Shown: positions 40,448-49,687, counted from the stretch's first letter. The stretch is 64,000 nucleotides of DNA from an uncultured Candidatus Saccharibacteria bacterium (GCA_964413715.1 CAYPSN010000001.1:10613-74612), one strand, 5' to 3'. The notes: generated by a model not told the origin, from the letters alone. Translations and numbers: made by a program.

Positions 40448-40768
40448 CTACTGGTCGCTTTTTTGTGTAACGGTTTTGTCGGCGATTTCTTCTTTAATTT
40501 CTTTTAGTTTCGCCTGATTGTCTTTATCCTCAGCCGATTTGGCCTTTTTCGCCACTTTGCCTGGTTTGGCTTGCTGCTGGCGGGCACGGAAGCGATCAAC
40601 TCGTCCAGCTGTGTCGATGAGCTTTTGCTTACCAGTATAGAATGGGTGGCAATTTGAGCATAACTCAACACTCATCTCGTCAACGGTCGACATGGTCTCG
40701 AAAGTAGTATTACAACCAAGGCAGGTTACCTTGGTTTTTTTAATTTCTGGGTGAATTCCGGCTTTCAT
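40448..40768 (-). CDS. rpmE: 50S ribosomal protein L31 with Lys-rich C-terminal extension
   Basis: MKAGIHPE...CxxC...[13 protein letters not shown]; zinc-ribbon type L31. Promoter TTGACC-17-TACTAT upstream. Confidence 0.9.
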   Translation of the reverse strand: MKAGIHPEIKKTKVTCLGCNTTFETMSTVDEMSVELCSNCHPFYTGKQKLIDTAGRVDRFRARQQQAKPGKVAKKAKSAEDKDNQAKLKEIKEEIADKTVTQKSDQ

Positions 40769-40828
40769 AACCTGAATATAGTAGCATTTTTAGCCTTGCG
40801 GGTCAACTAAATAGTTCTATGGAGTTGG

Positions 40829-41242
40829 CTACTGATCGAGTTCGGCTTCTGGCTTACCCATTTTGGCACTCAAGACGACCTGGCGAGTTTCGCCCTCATT
40901 GTCTTTAATCTGGGTTTTTTGCGTTTCGTTGTAGTACGTAACTAAGTAATGGCTCATGATTTCTTGCAAATCCTTGAGCTTAGCACGGAAGTCTTCGAGG
41001 TCGGCATGGACTTTTTGATAATCAGTGTCGGCTTGAAGGACTTTCTTTGCAGTTTGTCGCTTTGTGCTGAGCTCGCTAATCTCTTCTTTGAGCTGCTGGT
41101 ACTCGTCGTTTTGTTCCTCAACATCCTTTAACTGCTCGCGAACTGTTTTAATTTTGTCCTTCGTTTCGCGAATTTCAGGCAATAAACGATGGATTGCATC
41201 GAGAGTATTGCGATCTTCTTCTGTTTTTGGTGTTTCCGACAT
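40829..41242 (-). CDS. hypothetical coiled-coil protein
   Basis: 137 aa, heptad-rich and charged. Confidence 0.45.
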   Translation of the reverse strand: MSETPKTEEDRNTLDAIHRLLPEIRETKDKIKTVREQLKDVEEQNDEYQQLKEEISELSTKRQTAKKVLQADTDYQKVHADLEDFRAKLKDLQEIMSHYLVTYYNETQKTQIKDNEGETRQVVLSAKMGKPEAELDQ

Positions 41243-41279
41243 GAACCCTCCTTAGTTTTGATACCAAATGATTATAGCG

Positions 41280-42464
41280 TTAGCTGGCGGTCGTGCCAAC
41301 TATGGTGAGCTCGTGTTCGGCTCTGGTTATGGCTGTATACAACCAGCGTCGCCAGTCTTCATCGCTCATTTTGCTAAAACGCTCTTCGAACAGAAGCACT
41401 CGGGGCGACTGAGAGCCCTGTGCCTTGTGGACGGTTAGCGCATAGCCAAAGTCAAATAATGCCCCTACGGTGTCGCCGGGCGCCTTTGAAGCATGCTTGA
41501 TCGTCTCTTTAGCGCCAAATTGCTCTTTTAAAACGTAGCCAGCATAGGTCGTGTTTTCGCTATCGAAATAAATCTCCGCCCAGTACCAGCTATTGGTTTC
41601 ATCGTCCGGTGCAGGCTCAATACTAACTATTGTACCGATTAGACCATTGTAGAGGTGCTCGCTGCGCATATTGCGCAAACACACTACCACATCGCCGATG
41701 GTGGGCTCGACCGATTCGATATCGCGTAGCGAACGAATGTGCTGATTAAGTCGGATGCGGGTGTGATTGTAGCCGCAGAGCACCATGAGGTCCCCCTGCC
41801 AGTTAGCGAGTGCTTCCTCGACCACCGTGCCAGTTTCTGGACTAAACTTATCGAGTTTCGTCACCCCTGGGCCGTAGTCTTGCACAGGTATGTTGCCATC
41901 ACGCCGTGCCATGCTGGCCAATTGTATGATTGGACTGTTGGCTTCTTGGCGAAAAATCTGCTCTAGTTTGAGCTGCGGTGATGACATCAAGTTGAAGCCA
42001 GAGTTAATTGGCGGCAATTGCCCATGATCGCCGACGGCTAGGATGGGGATATGAAACGTTAAAAGGTCGTTCCAAATCAGCTCATCCACCATGCTGGCTT
42101 CGTCGACAATGATAAAATCGTAATCTAGTTGGGCTTTAAGCTCCCAGCTCGTGTGGCCATCGCGGTTGGTCGTGCTGTTGTAAATGAGTGAATGAATGGT
42201 AGAGACATTATCGCCTCGCCGCAGTGTTTTTTGCTCGCGTAGTTTTTGCTTGAGTACCTGCGAGGCTTTTCCGGTGTAAGCGCAGAAAGCAACTTTTGTA
42301 GACGCTTCATATTCGTTTAATGCTTGCCTGAGGAAGGCAATAAGCGTGGTTTTACCAGTTCCTGCATAGCCACCGAGCGTGATAAAAGGCGACTGCTTGT
42401 TGCGGTACCAATTGCCAATCTCGCGTAATGCCGTGGCTTGGTCTTGTGAGAGTGTATAGGCCAT
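41280..42464 (-). CDS. RecD/Dda-like (PIF1 superfamily) ATP-dependent DNA helicase
   Basis: 394 aa. Walker A GYAGTGKTT, DEAS-type Walker B IIVDEASM, C-terminal motif VHKAQGSQSPRV. Confidence 0.75.
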   Translation of the reverse strand: MAYTLSQDQATALREIGNWYRNKQSPFITLGGYAGTGKTTLIAFLRQALNEYEASTKVAFCAYTGKASQVLKQKLREQKTLRRGDNVSTIHSLIYNSTTNRDGHTSWELKAQLDYDFIIVDEASMVDELIWNDLLTFHIPILAVGDHGQLPPINSGFNLMSSPQLKLEQIFRQEANSPIIQLASMARRDGNIPVQDYGPGVTKLDKFSPETGTVVEEALANWQGDLMVLCGYNHTRIRLNQHIRSLRDIESVEPTIGDVVVCLRNMRSEHLYNGLIGTIVSIEPAPDDETNSWYWAEIYFDSENTTYAGYVLKEQFGAKETIKHASKAPGDTVGALFDFGYALTVHKAQGSQSPRVLLFEERFSKMSDEDWRRWLYTAITRAEHELTIVGTTAS

Positions 42465-42498
42465 AGGTATCTATTGTAGCAAAAAGAGCTAACAGTAA

Positions 42499-43209
42499 TT
42501 ACTTATGCGTATGTCGTTTTGGCAAGCTGCGAGCGTAATCTACGATCTCGTCAAGGTCGTCGAGAATCGTAAAAAGGTTGAAGTCGGCTTCAGTAACAGT
42601 GCCATAATCTTCTAAAAACGTCGTGCGCATGGTTCGCTCGAGTGGACGCCAGAAATGTGAACCCACACAGACTATGGGGATTGGTGGGATCTTACGTTCT
42701 TGCTTGAGCGTGATGAGTTCAAAAAACTCATCCATGGTTCCAAAACCACCAGGGAAGAATAGGTACAGTCGGGCGGCGAAGGCCAACATGACTTTGCGCG
42801 TAAAGAAATAATGAAAATCTATCTGGTCGGTTAGGTATTGATTGGGTTTTTGATGGTGTGCTTCGAGTTCGATGGTAAGTCCAACAGACCGCCCTCCTGC
42901 TTCGTGCGCGCCACGGTTGGCAGCCTCCATAATGCCAGGGCCACCGCCGGTCACTACAGTGTAGTCGAGCTCGGTGACTAAGCGCGCTGCGAGTTGTCTG
43001 GCCTGTATGTATTGCTGGTGTTTTTCCTGCAGCTGTTTTGAACCAAAGAATGACACCACCTTATTGAGGTTTTCAACCAGAGTAAACCCGTCGTTCAGCT
43101 CTTGTGTTATTTCGCACATTCGCGCGTCGTCGGCGGTGCCATTTGCTTGGCAGACATTGCGAATTTCTTGTAGCGTCCAGGGTTTTTGCATAGCTAAAGT
43201 ATACCGCAA
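42499..43209 (-). CDS. LOG-family (TIGR00730) cytokinin riboside 5'-monophosphate phosphoribohydrolase-like protein
   Basis: 236 aa. GGGPGIMEA and PGGFGTMDEFFE signature motifs. Confidence 0.8.
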   Translation of the reverse strand: MRYTLAMQKPWTLQEIRNVCQANGTADDARMCEITQELNDGFTLVENLNKVVSFFGSKQLQEKHQQYIQARQLAARLVTELDYTVVTGGGPGIMEAANRGAHEAGGRSVGLTIELEAHHQKPNQYLTDQIDFHYFFTRKVMLAFAARLYLFFPGGFGTMDEFFELITLKQERKIPPIPIVCVGSHFWRPLERTMRTTFLEDYGTVTEADFNLFTILDDLDEIVDYARSLPKRHTHK

Positions 43210-43246
43210 AATTCTTATGCTCTACTAGTCGTGGTATGATCTAGCT

Positions 43247-45031
43247 ATGATGCGACGACTTAAGTTTGTCCTACTCGGTTTAGTTCTGGCGACTATGCTG
43301 TTTGCTCGGCCGGCCCGTGCCGATGTAAATGACTTTAGCTTTAAGAGCTTTGAGACTGATTATTATCTGACGCGCGACGAAAACAAGGTGGCGCAAGTGA
43401 AAGTCGTGGAAAAACTTGTACCCATCTTTCCATACTATGATCAGAATCACGGCTTACGGCGAGCAATCCCGAAGACGTATAAGGGTAAAAGCTTAGGTCT
43501 AAGCGTTGCGTCGGTTACGAATGAGAATGGTGCGCCTCGGGCGTATGAAACTGTCAGTGAGAATGATAATTTGGTTTTGCTCATTCGGGATAAGGAATTT
43601 GTTCGTGGTGAACAGACGTACGTTATTACGTACACCATGCGTAACGTCATGACATTTTACGACGGATATGACGAGTGGTATTGGGATGTTAACGGCGATC
43701 AATGGAAGCAGCAGTTTGGTAGCGTGGCGGCGCGCATCCATATTCCCGAGGCTTTAGCGCCAAGTCTTCTGCGGCAGCAAAAATGTTTTACAGGTGCGTA
43801 TGGCTCAACGGCTTCAAGCTGTACGATTATTCGTAGCCCCGAAACCGGAGGCATAGTCGTGAATGTGGCGGCGAGCCAAACGCTTCAGCCGGGAGAAAAC
43901 CTAAGCTTTGTATTAGCTTTTCAGAAAGGCACCTTTGCAGCGTATAAGATGTCTTCTTGGCTGATACTTGCCCTTATTTTGGGAGGATTCCTGATCTTTG
44001 TCTTGCCCCCGCTCATTGCATTTATTGTTATGCTACGACGTTGGCTTAAGTTTGGCCGAGATGGTAAAGGGCGCGGTGTGATTATCGCGCAGTATGCGCC
44101 AGAGCCTAATGTGCATCCACTTTTGGCCGACATGTTGCGTCATGAGCACCTAGAAACGAATGCAATTACTGCTTGCTTGATTGACCTGTGTATTAAAGGC
44201 TATATGAAGCTCTACGAGGTTGAGGAAAAAAGGCTCTTTGGCAAAAAGACAGACTACGAGCTTGAGTTAACAAGCAAAGACATAATGGCTTTGACGGAAT
44301 CGCAGCGTCAAGTAATTAAAGCTGTGTTTGGCTTCACGTCGGCGGGCACTCGAATTAAGCTAAGTGATTTATCTGGAGAAATTTATAAGAAGTTTCAGCC
44401 AATCGATACTGCCGTAGCCAAAGAGGCGACCGAGCAAGCGCTTTTTACGGCTGATCCCAGTAAAGTTCGCGAGCAGTATCGCAAAAAAGCCATATGGCTG
44501 ATTGTGCCATCGGTGCTCATTCTGTTTATCCCAGTCGTGGGTTGGTTTAGTTTCGGCTTTCTCGTGGCCGGAATCGTCGTCATGGTGTTTGCTCAGGCAA
44601 TGCCGGCCAGATCGGCCAAGGGCGCGGCGAGTCTGGAATACCTAAAAGGTATCAAGCTGTATATGCAAATGGCCGAAGCCGACCGTATTAAGATGTTGCA
44701 AAGCCCCGAAGGAGCTGAAAAAATCACTATTGATCCGACAAACAAGGCACAATTGGTGAAGCTTTATGAGAAGCTGCTGCCCTATGCCATTCTCTTTGGT
44801 ATAGAGTCTCAATGGGCAAAACAGTTTGCTGAAATGTATACCCAGCCACCTAATTGGTATGTGGGCAAAGGGGCGTTTAATGCTGTAGCGTTTTCGCACG
44901 CAGTGAGCGATTTTAGTAGCGTTTCGTCAGAGAGTTTTAGCCCACCATCAAGCTCAGGTTCGAGTGGTTTTTCTGGCGGCGGCGGTTTTTCTGGCGGCGG
45001 CGGCGGTGGTGGTGGCGGTGGCGGGCTGTAA
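43247..45031 (+). CDS. DUF2207-like membrane protein with poly-Gly C-terminus
   Basis: 594 aa. Signal peptide, extracytoplasmic N-domain, TM helices, C-terminal SGFSGGGGFSGGGGGGGGGGGL tail. Confidence 0.55.
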   Translation: MMRRLKFVLLGLVLATMLFARPARADVNDFSFKSFETDYYLTRDENKVAQVKVVEKLVPIFPYYDQNHGLRRAIPKTYKGKSLGLSVASVTNENGAPRAYETVSENDNLVLLIRDKEFVRGEQTYVITYTMRNVMTFYDGYDEWYWDVNGDQWKQQFGSVAARIHIPEALAPSLLRQQKCFTGAYGSTASSCTIIRSPETGGIVVNVAASQTLQPGENLSFVLAFQKGTFAAYKMSSWLILALILGGFLIFVLPPLIAFIVMLRRWLKFGRDGKGRGVIIAQYAPEPNVHPLLADMLRHEHLETNAITACLIDLCIKGYMKLYEVEEKRLFGKKTDYELELTSKDIMALTESQRQVIKAVFGFTSAGTRIKLSDLSGEIYKKFQPIDTAVAKEATEQALFTADPSKVREQYRKKAIWLIVPSVLILFIPVVGWFSFGFLVAGIVVMVFAQAMPARSAKGAASLEYLKGIKLYMQMAEADRIKMLQSPEGAEKITIDPTNKAQLVKLYEKLLPYAILFGIESQWAKQFAEMYTQPPNWYVGKGAFNAVAFSHAVSDFSSVSSESFSPPSSSGSSGFSGGGGFSGGGGGGGGGGGL

Positions 45032-45268
45032 TTAGTCCTGCTTCGAGCTGTTTTTTACTTTTTGCCTTGCGAGCTCATATTTTTGCTTGGCCTTTTCGAG
45101 TAATCCTTTAGCCCAGGCAAATTCAGTGGCGAGGACTGCCAAGCCCACAATGACAAATAGAAAGCCCGGTCCAGGCAGCACAAAGAAGGCAAAGCCCAAC
45201 ACAATGATCGTGCCGCCGATCAGTGCAACGGCAAATTTTTTGGTATGTCGAAAGGCCAAATCAATCAT
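45032..45268 (-). CDS. small PGPGW-motif transmembrane protein. The ORF track runs to 45469; truncated here to the internal ATG.
   Basis: 78 aa. VLPGPGFLFVIVGLAVL motif typical of the PGPGW family. The upstream part of the longer ORF overlaps the ABC gene start and looks spurious. Confidence 0.45.
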   Translation of the reverse strand: MIDLAFRHTKKFAVALIGGTIIVLGFAFFVLPGPGFLFVIVGLAVLATEFAWAKGLLEKAKQKYELARQKVKNSSKQD

Positions 45269-45326
45269 ACTAACAAGTATAGCGCACATTGGCTTATGGC
45301 TGGCTGAAAATGTATAATCTTGAGTA

Positions 45327-46067
45327 ATGATAGAGCTACGAGGTGTAACCAAGACATATGGTGAGGGCGAAGGGGCTTTTACAGCACTCTTTAATATCGA
45401 TTTAGTTCTCGAAGAGGGCAGTACAACTGCAGTTATTGGCAAAAGTGGGTCGGGCAAGTCGACACTCATGCATATTATGAGTGGTCTGGATCACCCCTCG
45501 GAAGGCGAAGTTTTTGTGGACGGCAAAAGCTTGCAGAAGATGAAGTCGCGCGAGATGGATACGTTTCGTTCACATACTATGAGCTTTATCTTTCAGGCAT
45601 TCTTTGTGGAAGCGAATCAAACTTGCTTGCAGAACGTTATGTTGCCCCTTGAAATAGCCAAAACCAGTCGTCGCGATCGCAAAAAGCGCGCCCTTGAGGC
45701 GCTTGAGTCAGTGGATTTGGCTGACAAGGTCAATTCTTTGGCTGGCAATCTGTCGGGTGGTCAAAAGCAGCGCTTGGCAATCGCTCGGGCGATCGTAATT
45801 AAGCCAAAGATTATTTTTGCGGATGAGCCAACCGGTAACTTAGACAGCACCACTGGCGAGATGGTAATTAAACTCTTGTTTGAGCTTAATCGGAAATTGG
45901 GCTGCACCTTGGTGGTGGTGACCCACGATCAGGAATTGGCAGAGCGCTGTGAATGCCAAGTACACATGAAAGACGGAGCAATTAGTCAGATTTGTGGCGT
46001 TAAAGCACCTAAAGAAGTAGTCAAAAAACCCCGCAAAAAGTCGAGCAAAAGGGGAGCAAAGTCATGA
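45327..46067 (+). CDS. ABC transporter ATP-binding protein (MacB/LolD-like)
   Basis: 246 aa. Walker A GKSGSGKST, signature LSGGQKQRLAIARA, Walker B IIFADEPT. Confidence 0.85.
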   Translation: MIELRGVTKTYGEGEGAFTALFNIDLVLEEGSTTAVIGKSGSGKSTLMHIMSGLDHPSEGEVFVDGKSLQKMKSREMDTFRSHTMSFIFQAFFVEANQTCLQNVMLPLEIAKTSRRDRKKRALEALESVDLADKVNSLAGNLSGGQKQRLAIARAIVIKPKIIFADEPTGNLDSTTGEMVIKLLFELNRKLGCTLVVVTHDQELAERCECQVHMKDGAISQICGVKAPKEVVKKPRKKSSKRGAKS

Positions 46068-47446
46068 TTTTACGTGATTTAGTTGCTCGCTCTGGGCGTA
46101 ATCTACGCAATGCTAAGGCTCGCACGCTCTTAACCGCTGCTGCGATTGCGGTTGGAACTTTTGCCCTAACTTTAACGCTGGCAGCGAGTAATGGTGCTAC
46201 AGCTTTTGTAAACAAAATTATCGCTGAGAACTTTGACCCGGCGGAACTGATCGTAGCCAAAGACTCGTCTATTTTTGGTAACGGTGGGTCAAATACGAAA
46301 CCGCGCGAATATGACCCAAGTTTCGGTACTGGTGTGTCGAATTCTGGGGCAGTTACTCAGATTAAGCGCATCACCGATGACGATATTGCGGTGATCAAGA
46401 GTGTTGATGGGGTTGTGAATGTGCGCGAGGACATTACGGTTAATCTGCGCTACATTACTCGACCTAACCAAAAGAAGTATGTCGCCTCATTAGCGGCCTT
46501 TAGCCCCGCACAGCGCCCAACACTGCTAGCTGGCGAGATTGACGACGGAGGCGTGATAGGAAAGAACGCCATCTTATTACCCGAAAGCTACGTGAGTGCT
46601 CTTGGTCTTAAAAATGCTGAAGATGCCATTGGTAAAACAATCACAGCATCGATTACGAAGTCACCCGCTTCGAGCGACATCAGCGTAGCTGCATTAAGAG
46701 CGGGCGCGAGCTCTCCAGCTGACCTCGCAAAATTGAGTGAGCAAGTTAGCGTTGAGCGCAATCTCACGATTGCTGCGGTAACGAAGAAGCCCACCACAGC
46801 ACAGCCTGGTACGGAATTATACTTATACGCCGATGCTGATACAGCACGTGAGCTGAATGATATTACCACCCAAGGAACGGCCAACTATCGTAAGTATGCC
46901 TATGTTTTTGCCAAGGTGGAAGGCGGCGAAAACGAAGCCACGCTCAAGGCTGCTCAAGACGAGCTCAAGAAAAAAGGTTTTGTAGTGCAGAGTGTCAAGG
47001 AGGCTCAAGAGTTCTTGACGAACATTATCTCGATTCTACAAGGGATTGTAGCTGCCTTTGCGGCAATTGCCATCATTGCTTCGGTTTTTGGTATCGTGAA
47101 CACTATGTACATTAGCGTTCTGCAGCGCACGCGTGAGATTGGCCTTATGAAAGCACTTGGCATGCGTAAGCGTGACATTGGTAGGCTATTTCGTTTTGAG
47201 GCCGCCTGGATCGGCTTTATTGGCGGCGTGATTGGCTCCCTTGTGGCGGTTGCGCTTGGATCTGCGCTGAACCCCTGGATCACCAAGACGCTTGATTTAG
47301 GCAACGGTAATTCTTTACTCATCTTTAAGCCAGTCGAAATAGCCGAACTTGTGGTGGTGCTTATGATCGTGTCGATTTTGGCTGGTTGGTTGCCATCGCG
47401 CAAGGCCGCCAAGCTCGATCCGATTGAAGCGTTAAGGACAGAGTAG
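46064..47446 (+). CDS. ABC transporter permease, FtsX/MacB-type
   Basis: 460 aa. N-terminal TM, large periplasmic domain, C-terminal FtsX 3-TM bundle. 4-nt overlap with the ATPase gene. Confidence 0.8.
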   Translation: MILRDLVARSGRNLRNAKARTLLTAAAIAVGTFALTLTLAASNGATAFVNKIIAENFDPAELIVAKDSSIFGNGGSNTKPREYDPSFGTGVSNSGAVTQIKRITDDDIAVIKSVDGVVNVREDITVNLRYITRPNQKKYVASLAAFSPAQRPTLLAGEIDDGGVIGKNAILLPESYVSALGLKNAEDAIGKTITASITKSPASSDISVAALRAGASSPADLAKLSEQVSVERNLTIAAVTKKPTTAQPGTELYLYADADTARELNDITTQGTANYRKYAYVFAKVEGGENEATLKAAQDELKKKGFVVQSVKEAQEFLTNIISILQGIVAAFAAIAIIASVFGIVNTMYISVLQRTREIGLMKALGMRKRDIGRLFRFEAAWIGFIGGVIGSLVAVALGSALNPWITKTLDLGNGNSLLIFKPVEIAELVVVLMIVSILAGWLPSRKAAKLDPIEALRTE

Positions 47447-47455
47447 GAGAAAACT

Positions 47456-47707
47456 ATGCTAATTGATGTGCGTACAGCAGAAGAATATGCCGAAGGACAC
47501 CTAGAAGGCGCAATAAACGTGGAGCTGGCTGAGGATATGGCTATTAAACTGCCGACCGAGGCCAAGGGGCAAACACTGGAGCTGTACTGTCGCAGCGGCG
47601 GCAGGGCAGGAACTGCCGCACAGTTACTTACGCAGGCTGGCTATCAAGTCAAGAACATAGGTGGGATTGATGATTTAGTGGCTCAGGGATATAGTAAGGC
47701 TGAGTAA
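47456..47707 (+). CDS. single-domain rhodanese-like sulfurtransferase
   Basis: 83 aa. Active-site loop YCRSGGR. Confidence 0.8.
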   Translation: MLIDVRTAEEYAEGHLEGAINVELAEDMAIKLPTEAKGQTLELYCRSGGRAGTAAQLLTQAGYQVKNIGGIDDLVAQGYSKAE

Positions 47708-47721
47708 TTGGGAGAATACCT

Positions 47722-47901
47722 ATGGACGAGAAGAAAAAGAAAGATTTAGAAGAACAAAAGTGTGGTGGCTTGTTTGTGCCTGCCGGGGTCTTGCTTGGCA
47801 CCGGTCTGGGCTTTGCATATGGCAATATACCCGCTGGCGCACTGATTGGTCTTGGCGTAGGTTTTACTGTATTCGCGCTTATTACAGTTTTTAAGAAGTA
47901 G
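47722..47901 (+). CDS. small hydrophobic protein (59 aa), not in the ORF track
   Basis: MDEKKKKDLEEQKCGG followed by two Gly-rich TM-like segments; ends TAG at 47899-47901. Confidence 0.35.
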   Translation: MDEKKKKDLEEQKCGGLFVPAGVLLGTGLGFAYGNIPAGALIGLGVGFTVFALITVFKK

Positions 47902-47911
47902 CAGGTCGATA

Positions 47912-47966
47912 TAAACGAAAAGGACCCCCGAACGAATCGGGGGTCCTTTCGTTCAGGGGTCGGGCG
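47912..47966. repeat. island repeat copy R1 (nested palindrome; terminator-like for the minus-strand gene at 47972)
   Basis: AACGAAAAGGACCCCCGAACGAATCGGGGGTCCTTTCGTTCAGGGGTCGGG: 13-bp stem AAAGGACCCCCGA/TCGGGGGTCCTTT with loop ACGAA. Confidence 0.8.
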
Positions 47967-47971
47967 GGCAG

Positions 47972-48415
47972 CTAGGGCCTGCGCTCCGGCTTCAACTCCA
48001 GATCGAGCTTGGCAAGCGAAGCTTCGACCAGCTCGAGACATGCAGCGCCGAAGCCCGTAATGGCGCGCAGCTCACTGGCGTCACGCTGTACGAGTTCGCC
48101 AACGGTGTTGATTCCTGCTCGTCGGAGGCATTCGGCCGTTCGAGTCTTCACTCCCTGCGTGAAGGGGACCCCCTCGAGCTTGATGTTCAGAAGGTCCTCG
48201 ATGTTCATCTTGAGAGTCTCGTGGCCTCGGCCAATGAACTCGGTGGTGATGTGCCTCTCTTCCACTCGGATTACGGCTCTCACTACGAGACCGTGGTATC
48301 GACCTTCCAGTGCCTCGATGTCATTCAAGGCGCTCAGGATTGCTAGGTGTTCTCCCGTAAGGCTGATTTCGACATCTGCCTTTTGGGGTACGACTTCGGA
48401 TCCGAAATCGGGCAT
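47972..48415 (-). CDS. island gene A: stand-alone RpoA C-terminal-fragment-like protein (end of alphaNTD + linker + alphaCTD double HhH)
   Basis: 147 aa. TAECLRRAGINTVGELVQRDASELRAITGFG..LELVEASLAKLDLELK aligns with actinobacterial RpoA alphaCTD (VRSANCLKREGVHTVGELV..DLLDIRNFGQKS..LGLSLK). N-terminal 60 aa aligns with the last alphaNTD strand and linker. About 57% GC. Confidence 0.6.
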   Translation of the reverse strand: MPDFGSEVVPQKADVEISLTGEHLAILSALNDIEALEGRYHGLVVRAVIRVEERHITTEFIGRGHETLKMNIEDLLNIKLEGVPFTQGVKTRTAECLRRAGINTVGELVQRDASELRAITGFGAACLELVEASLAKLDLELKPERRP

Positions 48416-48476
48416 TGCAGTGGCCTTTTGTTCTCTGCGGGGCTACCGCAGCACATCCACGGTGGATGATTAGCAA

Positions 48477-48505
48477 ATAATATCACAAATATAGTAAAAA
48501 GTCAA
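48477..48505 (-). promoter_or_regulatory. promoter of island gene A: TTGACT-17-TATTAT (minus strand)
   Basis: The AT-rich 90-bp spacer contains near-consensus hexamers. The 5'UTR carries hairpin CUGCGGUAGCCCCGCAG and an AAAAGG SD. Confidence 0.5.
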
Positions 48506-48512
48506 TATCATT

Positions 48513-48563
48513 ATAACGAAAGGACCCCTGAACGAATCGGGGGCCTTTTCGTTCAGGGGTCGG
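48513..48563. repeat. island repeat copy R2
   Basis: ATAACGAAAGGACCCCTGAACGAATCGGGGGCCTTTTCGTTCAGGGGTCGG; 12-bp perfect arms CCCCTGAACGAA/TTCGTTCAGGGG plus an alternative overlapping stem. Confidence 0.8.
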
Positions 48564-48580
48564 TTTGATGGTGGGCCAGG

Positions 48581-48958
48581 TCAGCGGCTGAGGATGACCG
48601 TGCAGGATGGGTTGTCCTGGATCAGCCAGTCACCGTTGTACTGGACCAGCTTGCCATCACAGACCTTGCTGGTCTTGGAGCTGTCTGTCAAGGTGTAGCG
48701 CACGGACCTATTCCAGACCGAGAGCTCGACCACGTGGATCTTGTCGTAGTGCGACTCGACCTCCGTCGTGACACGGGCATCTTCCTTGGCCCGGCTCTCA
48801 TCCACGAGGTACATGCCATTGGCGAAGACCACGAAGATGACGGCCAGTACCCCGAAGGCGATGGCTGGCTTCCAGTGTTTCTTGGAGATCAGCAGGACAC
48901 CGGTGGCGACTGCGAGCACTCCCGCCATCATCAGTGCGACGATTACTTCTGCGCTCAT
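48581..48958 (-). CDS. island gene B: hypothetical two-TM membrane protein with about 70-aa extracytoplasmic Cys-containing C-domain
   Basis: 125 aa. GC3 about 80%. Perfect SD AAGGAGG 6 nt before the ATG. Confidence 0.55.
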   Translation of the reverse strand: MSAEVIVALMMAGVLAVATGVLLISKKHWKPAIAFGVLAVIFVVFANGMYLVDESRAKEDARVTTEVESHYDKIHVVELSVWNRSVRYTLTDSSKTSKVCDGKLVQYNGDWLIQDNPSCTVILSR

Positions 48959-49000
48959 GGCGCCTCCTTGTTCGGGGCCTCAGATTTAAGGCTGAAGGGT

Positions 49001-49038
49001 ATATTAGCATATTATGCAATAAAAGTAAATACATACAA
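49001..49038 (-). promoter_or_regulatory. promoter of island gene B (TTGTAT-18-TAATAT or TTTACT-17-TAATAT, minus strand)
   Basis: AT-rich spacer with two overlapping candidate hexamer pairs. Confidence 0.4.
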
Positions 49039-49051
49039 GGTTTTTTGTGTA

Positions 49052-49103
49052 ATAACGAAAAGACCCCCGAACGAATCGGGGGCCTCTTCGTTCGGGGGTC
49101 GGG
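49052..49103. repeat. island repeat copy R3
   Basis: AATAACGAAAAGACCCCCGAACGAATCGGGGGCCTCTTCGTTCGGGGGTCGGG. Confidence 0.8.
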
Positions 49104-49113
49104 TTGTGCCGGC

Positions 49114-49533
49114 TCAGCCGGAGGTGATGACCAGCTTGATGTCGGCGAAGGCGTAGGTCAGCGCCTGCTCGAACTCCAGGTCCTCGCCGATGCCGTGGCC
49201 GAAGTGCTCTCGAACGTCGACGGCTCGGATCACCTCGGTCTCCATGAGCACGCCCAGGGCGTGGTCGATGACCTGTGCCTTGAGCTTCTCCTGCGGATCG
49301 CTCCGCTTGGTGTCGATCAGGACCACACGGTTGTGCAGCTGGCTGAGCTTCTCGTGCTTCTCGTGGAGTCGGCCCTCGACGTTGATCACTGCATGTTCTG
49401 CAAGGATCTGGAAGCGCCCAGAGGTCACGATGGTCTGGATCTGGCCATCGTCACCCGTGAAGCGCAGGCTTCCGTCGGGCATGGTGGCCAAGAGGCCTAC
49501 CTGCAGGGCAGGCGTGGTTGCAGTTGCAGCCAT
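49114..49533 (-). CDS. island gene C: hypothetical soluble protein
   Basis: 139 aa. GC3 about 85%. SD GAAGGAG. No confident family; a weak epsilon-subunit-like GRFQILAEHAVI motif was considered and not trusted. Confidence 0.5.
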   Translation of the reverse strand: MAATATTPALQVGLLATMPDGSLRFTGDDGQIQTIVTSGRFQILAEHAVINVEGRLHEKHEKLSQLHNRVVLIDTKRSDPQEKLKAQVIDHALGVLMETEVIRAVDVREHFGHGIGEDLEFEQALTYAFADIKLVITSG

Positions 49534-49568
49534 GTCGGTTCTCCTTCGTGAGTGGATGACAGTACATA

Positions 49569-49597
49569 ATTATGCATGATTAATTCAAAAATGTCAA
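49569..49597 (-). promoter_or_regulatory. promoter of island gene C: TTGACA-17-CATAAT (minus strand)
   Basis: Consensus -35 and 17-nt spacer in an AT-rich spacer. Confidence 0.5.
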
Positions 49598-49620
49598 TAT
49601 TAAAGAGACATTTTCATTCT

Positions 49621-49672
49621 ATAACGAAAAGGCCCCCGAACGAATCGGGGGCCTTTCCGTTCAGGGGTCGTG
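49621..49672. repeat. island repeat copy R4
   Basis: ATAACGAAAAGGCCCCCGAACGAATCGGGGGCCTTTCCGTTCAGGGGTCG. Confidence 0.8.
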
Positions 49673-49687
49673 TTGTGAGGCCTGCCT

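Noticed and set aside
45032-45469. Full 145-aa minus-strand ORF as annotated in the track
   Set aside because: Its first ~67 codons overlap the ABC ATPase start and are low-complexity. Only the C-terminal 78 aa (PGPGW motif protein from the internal ATG at 45268) looks real.
47912-49672. Four spaced palindromic repeats, considered as a CRISPR array
   Set aside because: The supposed spacers are 450-560 bp and are GC-rich protein-coding genes with SDs and promoters. Repeats are 52 bp, only 85-90% identical and irregularly spaced. No cas genes are present. Better explained as terminator-like cassette-boundary elements.
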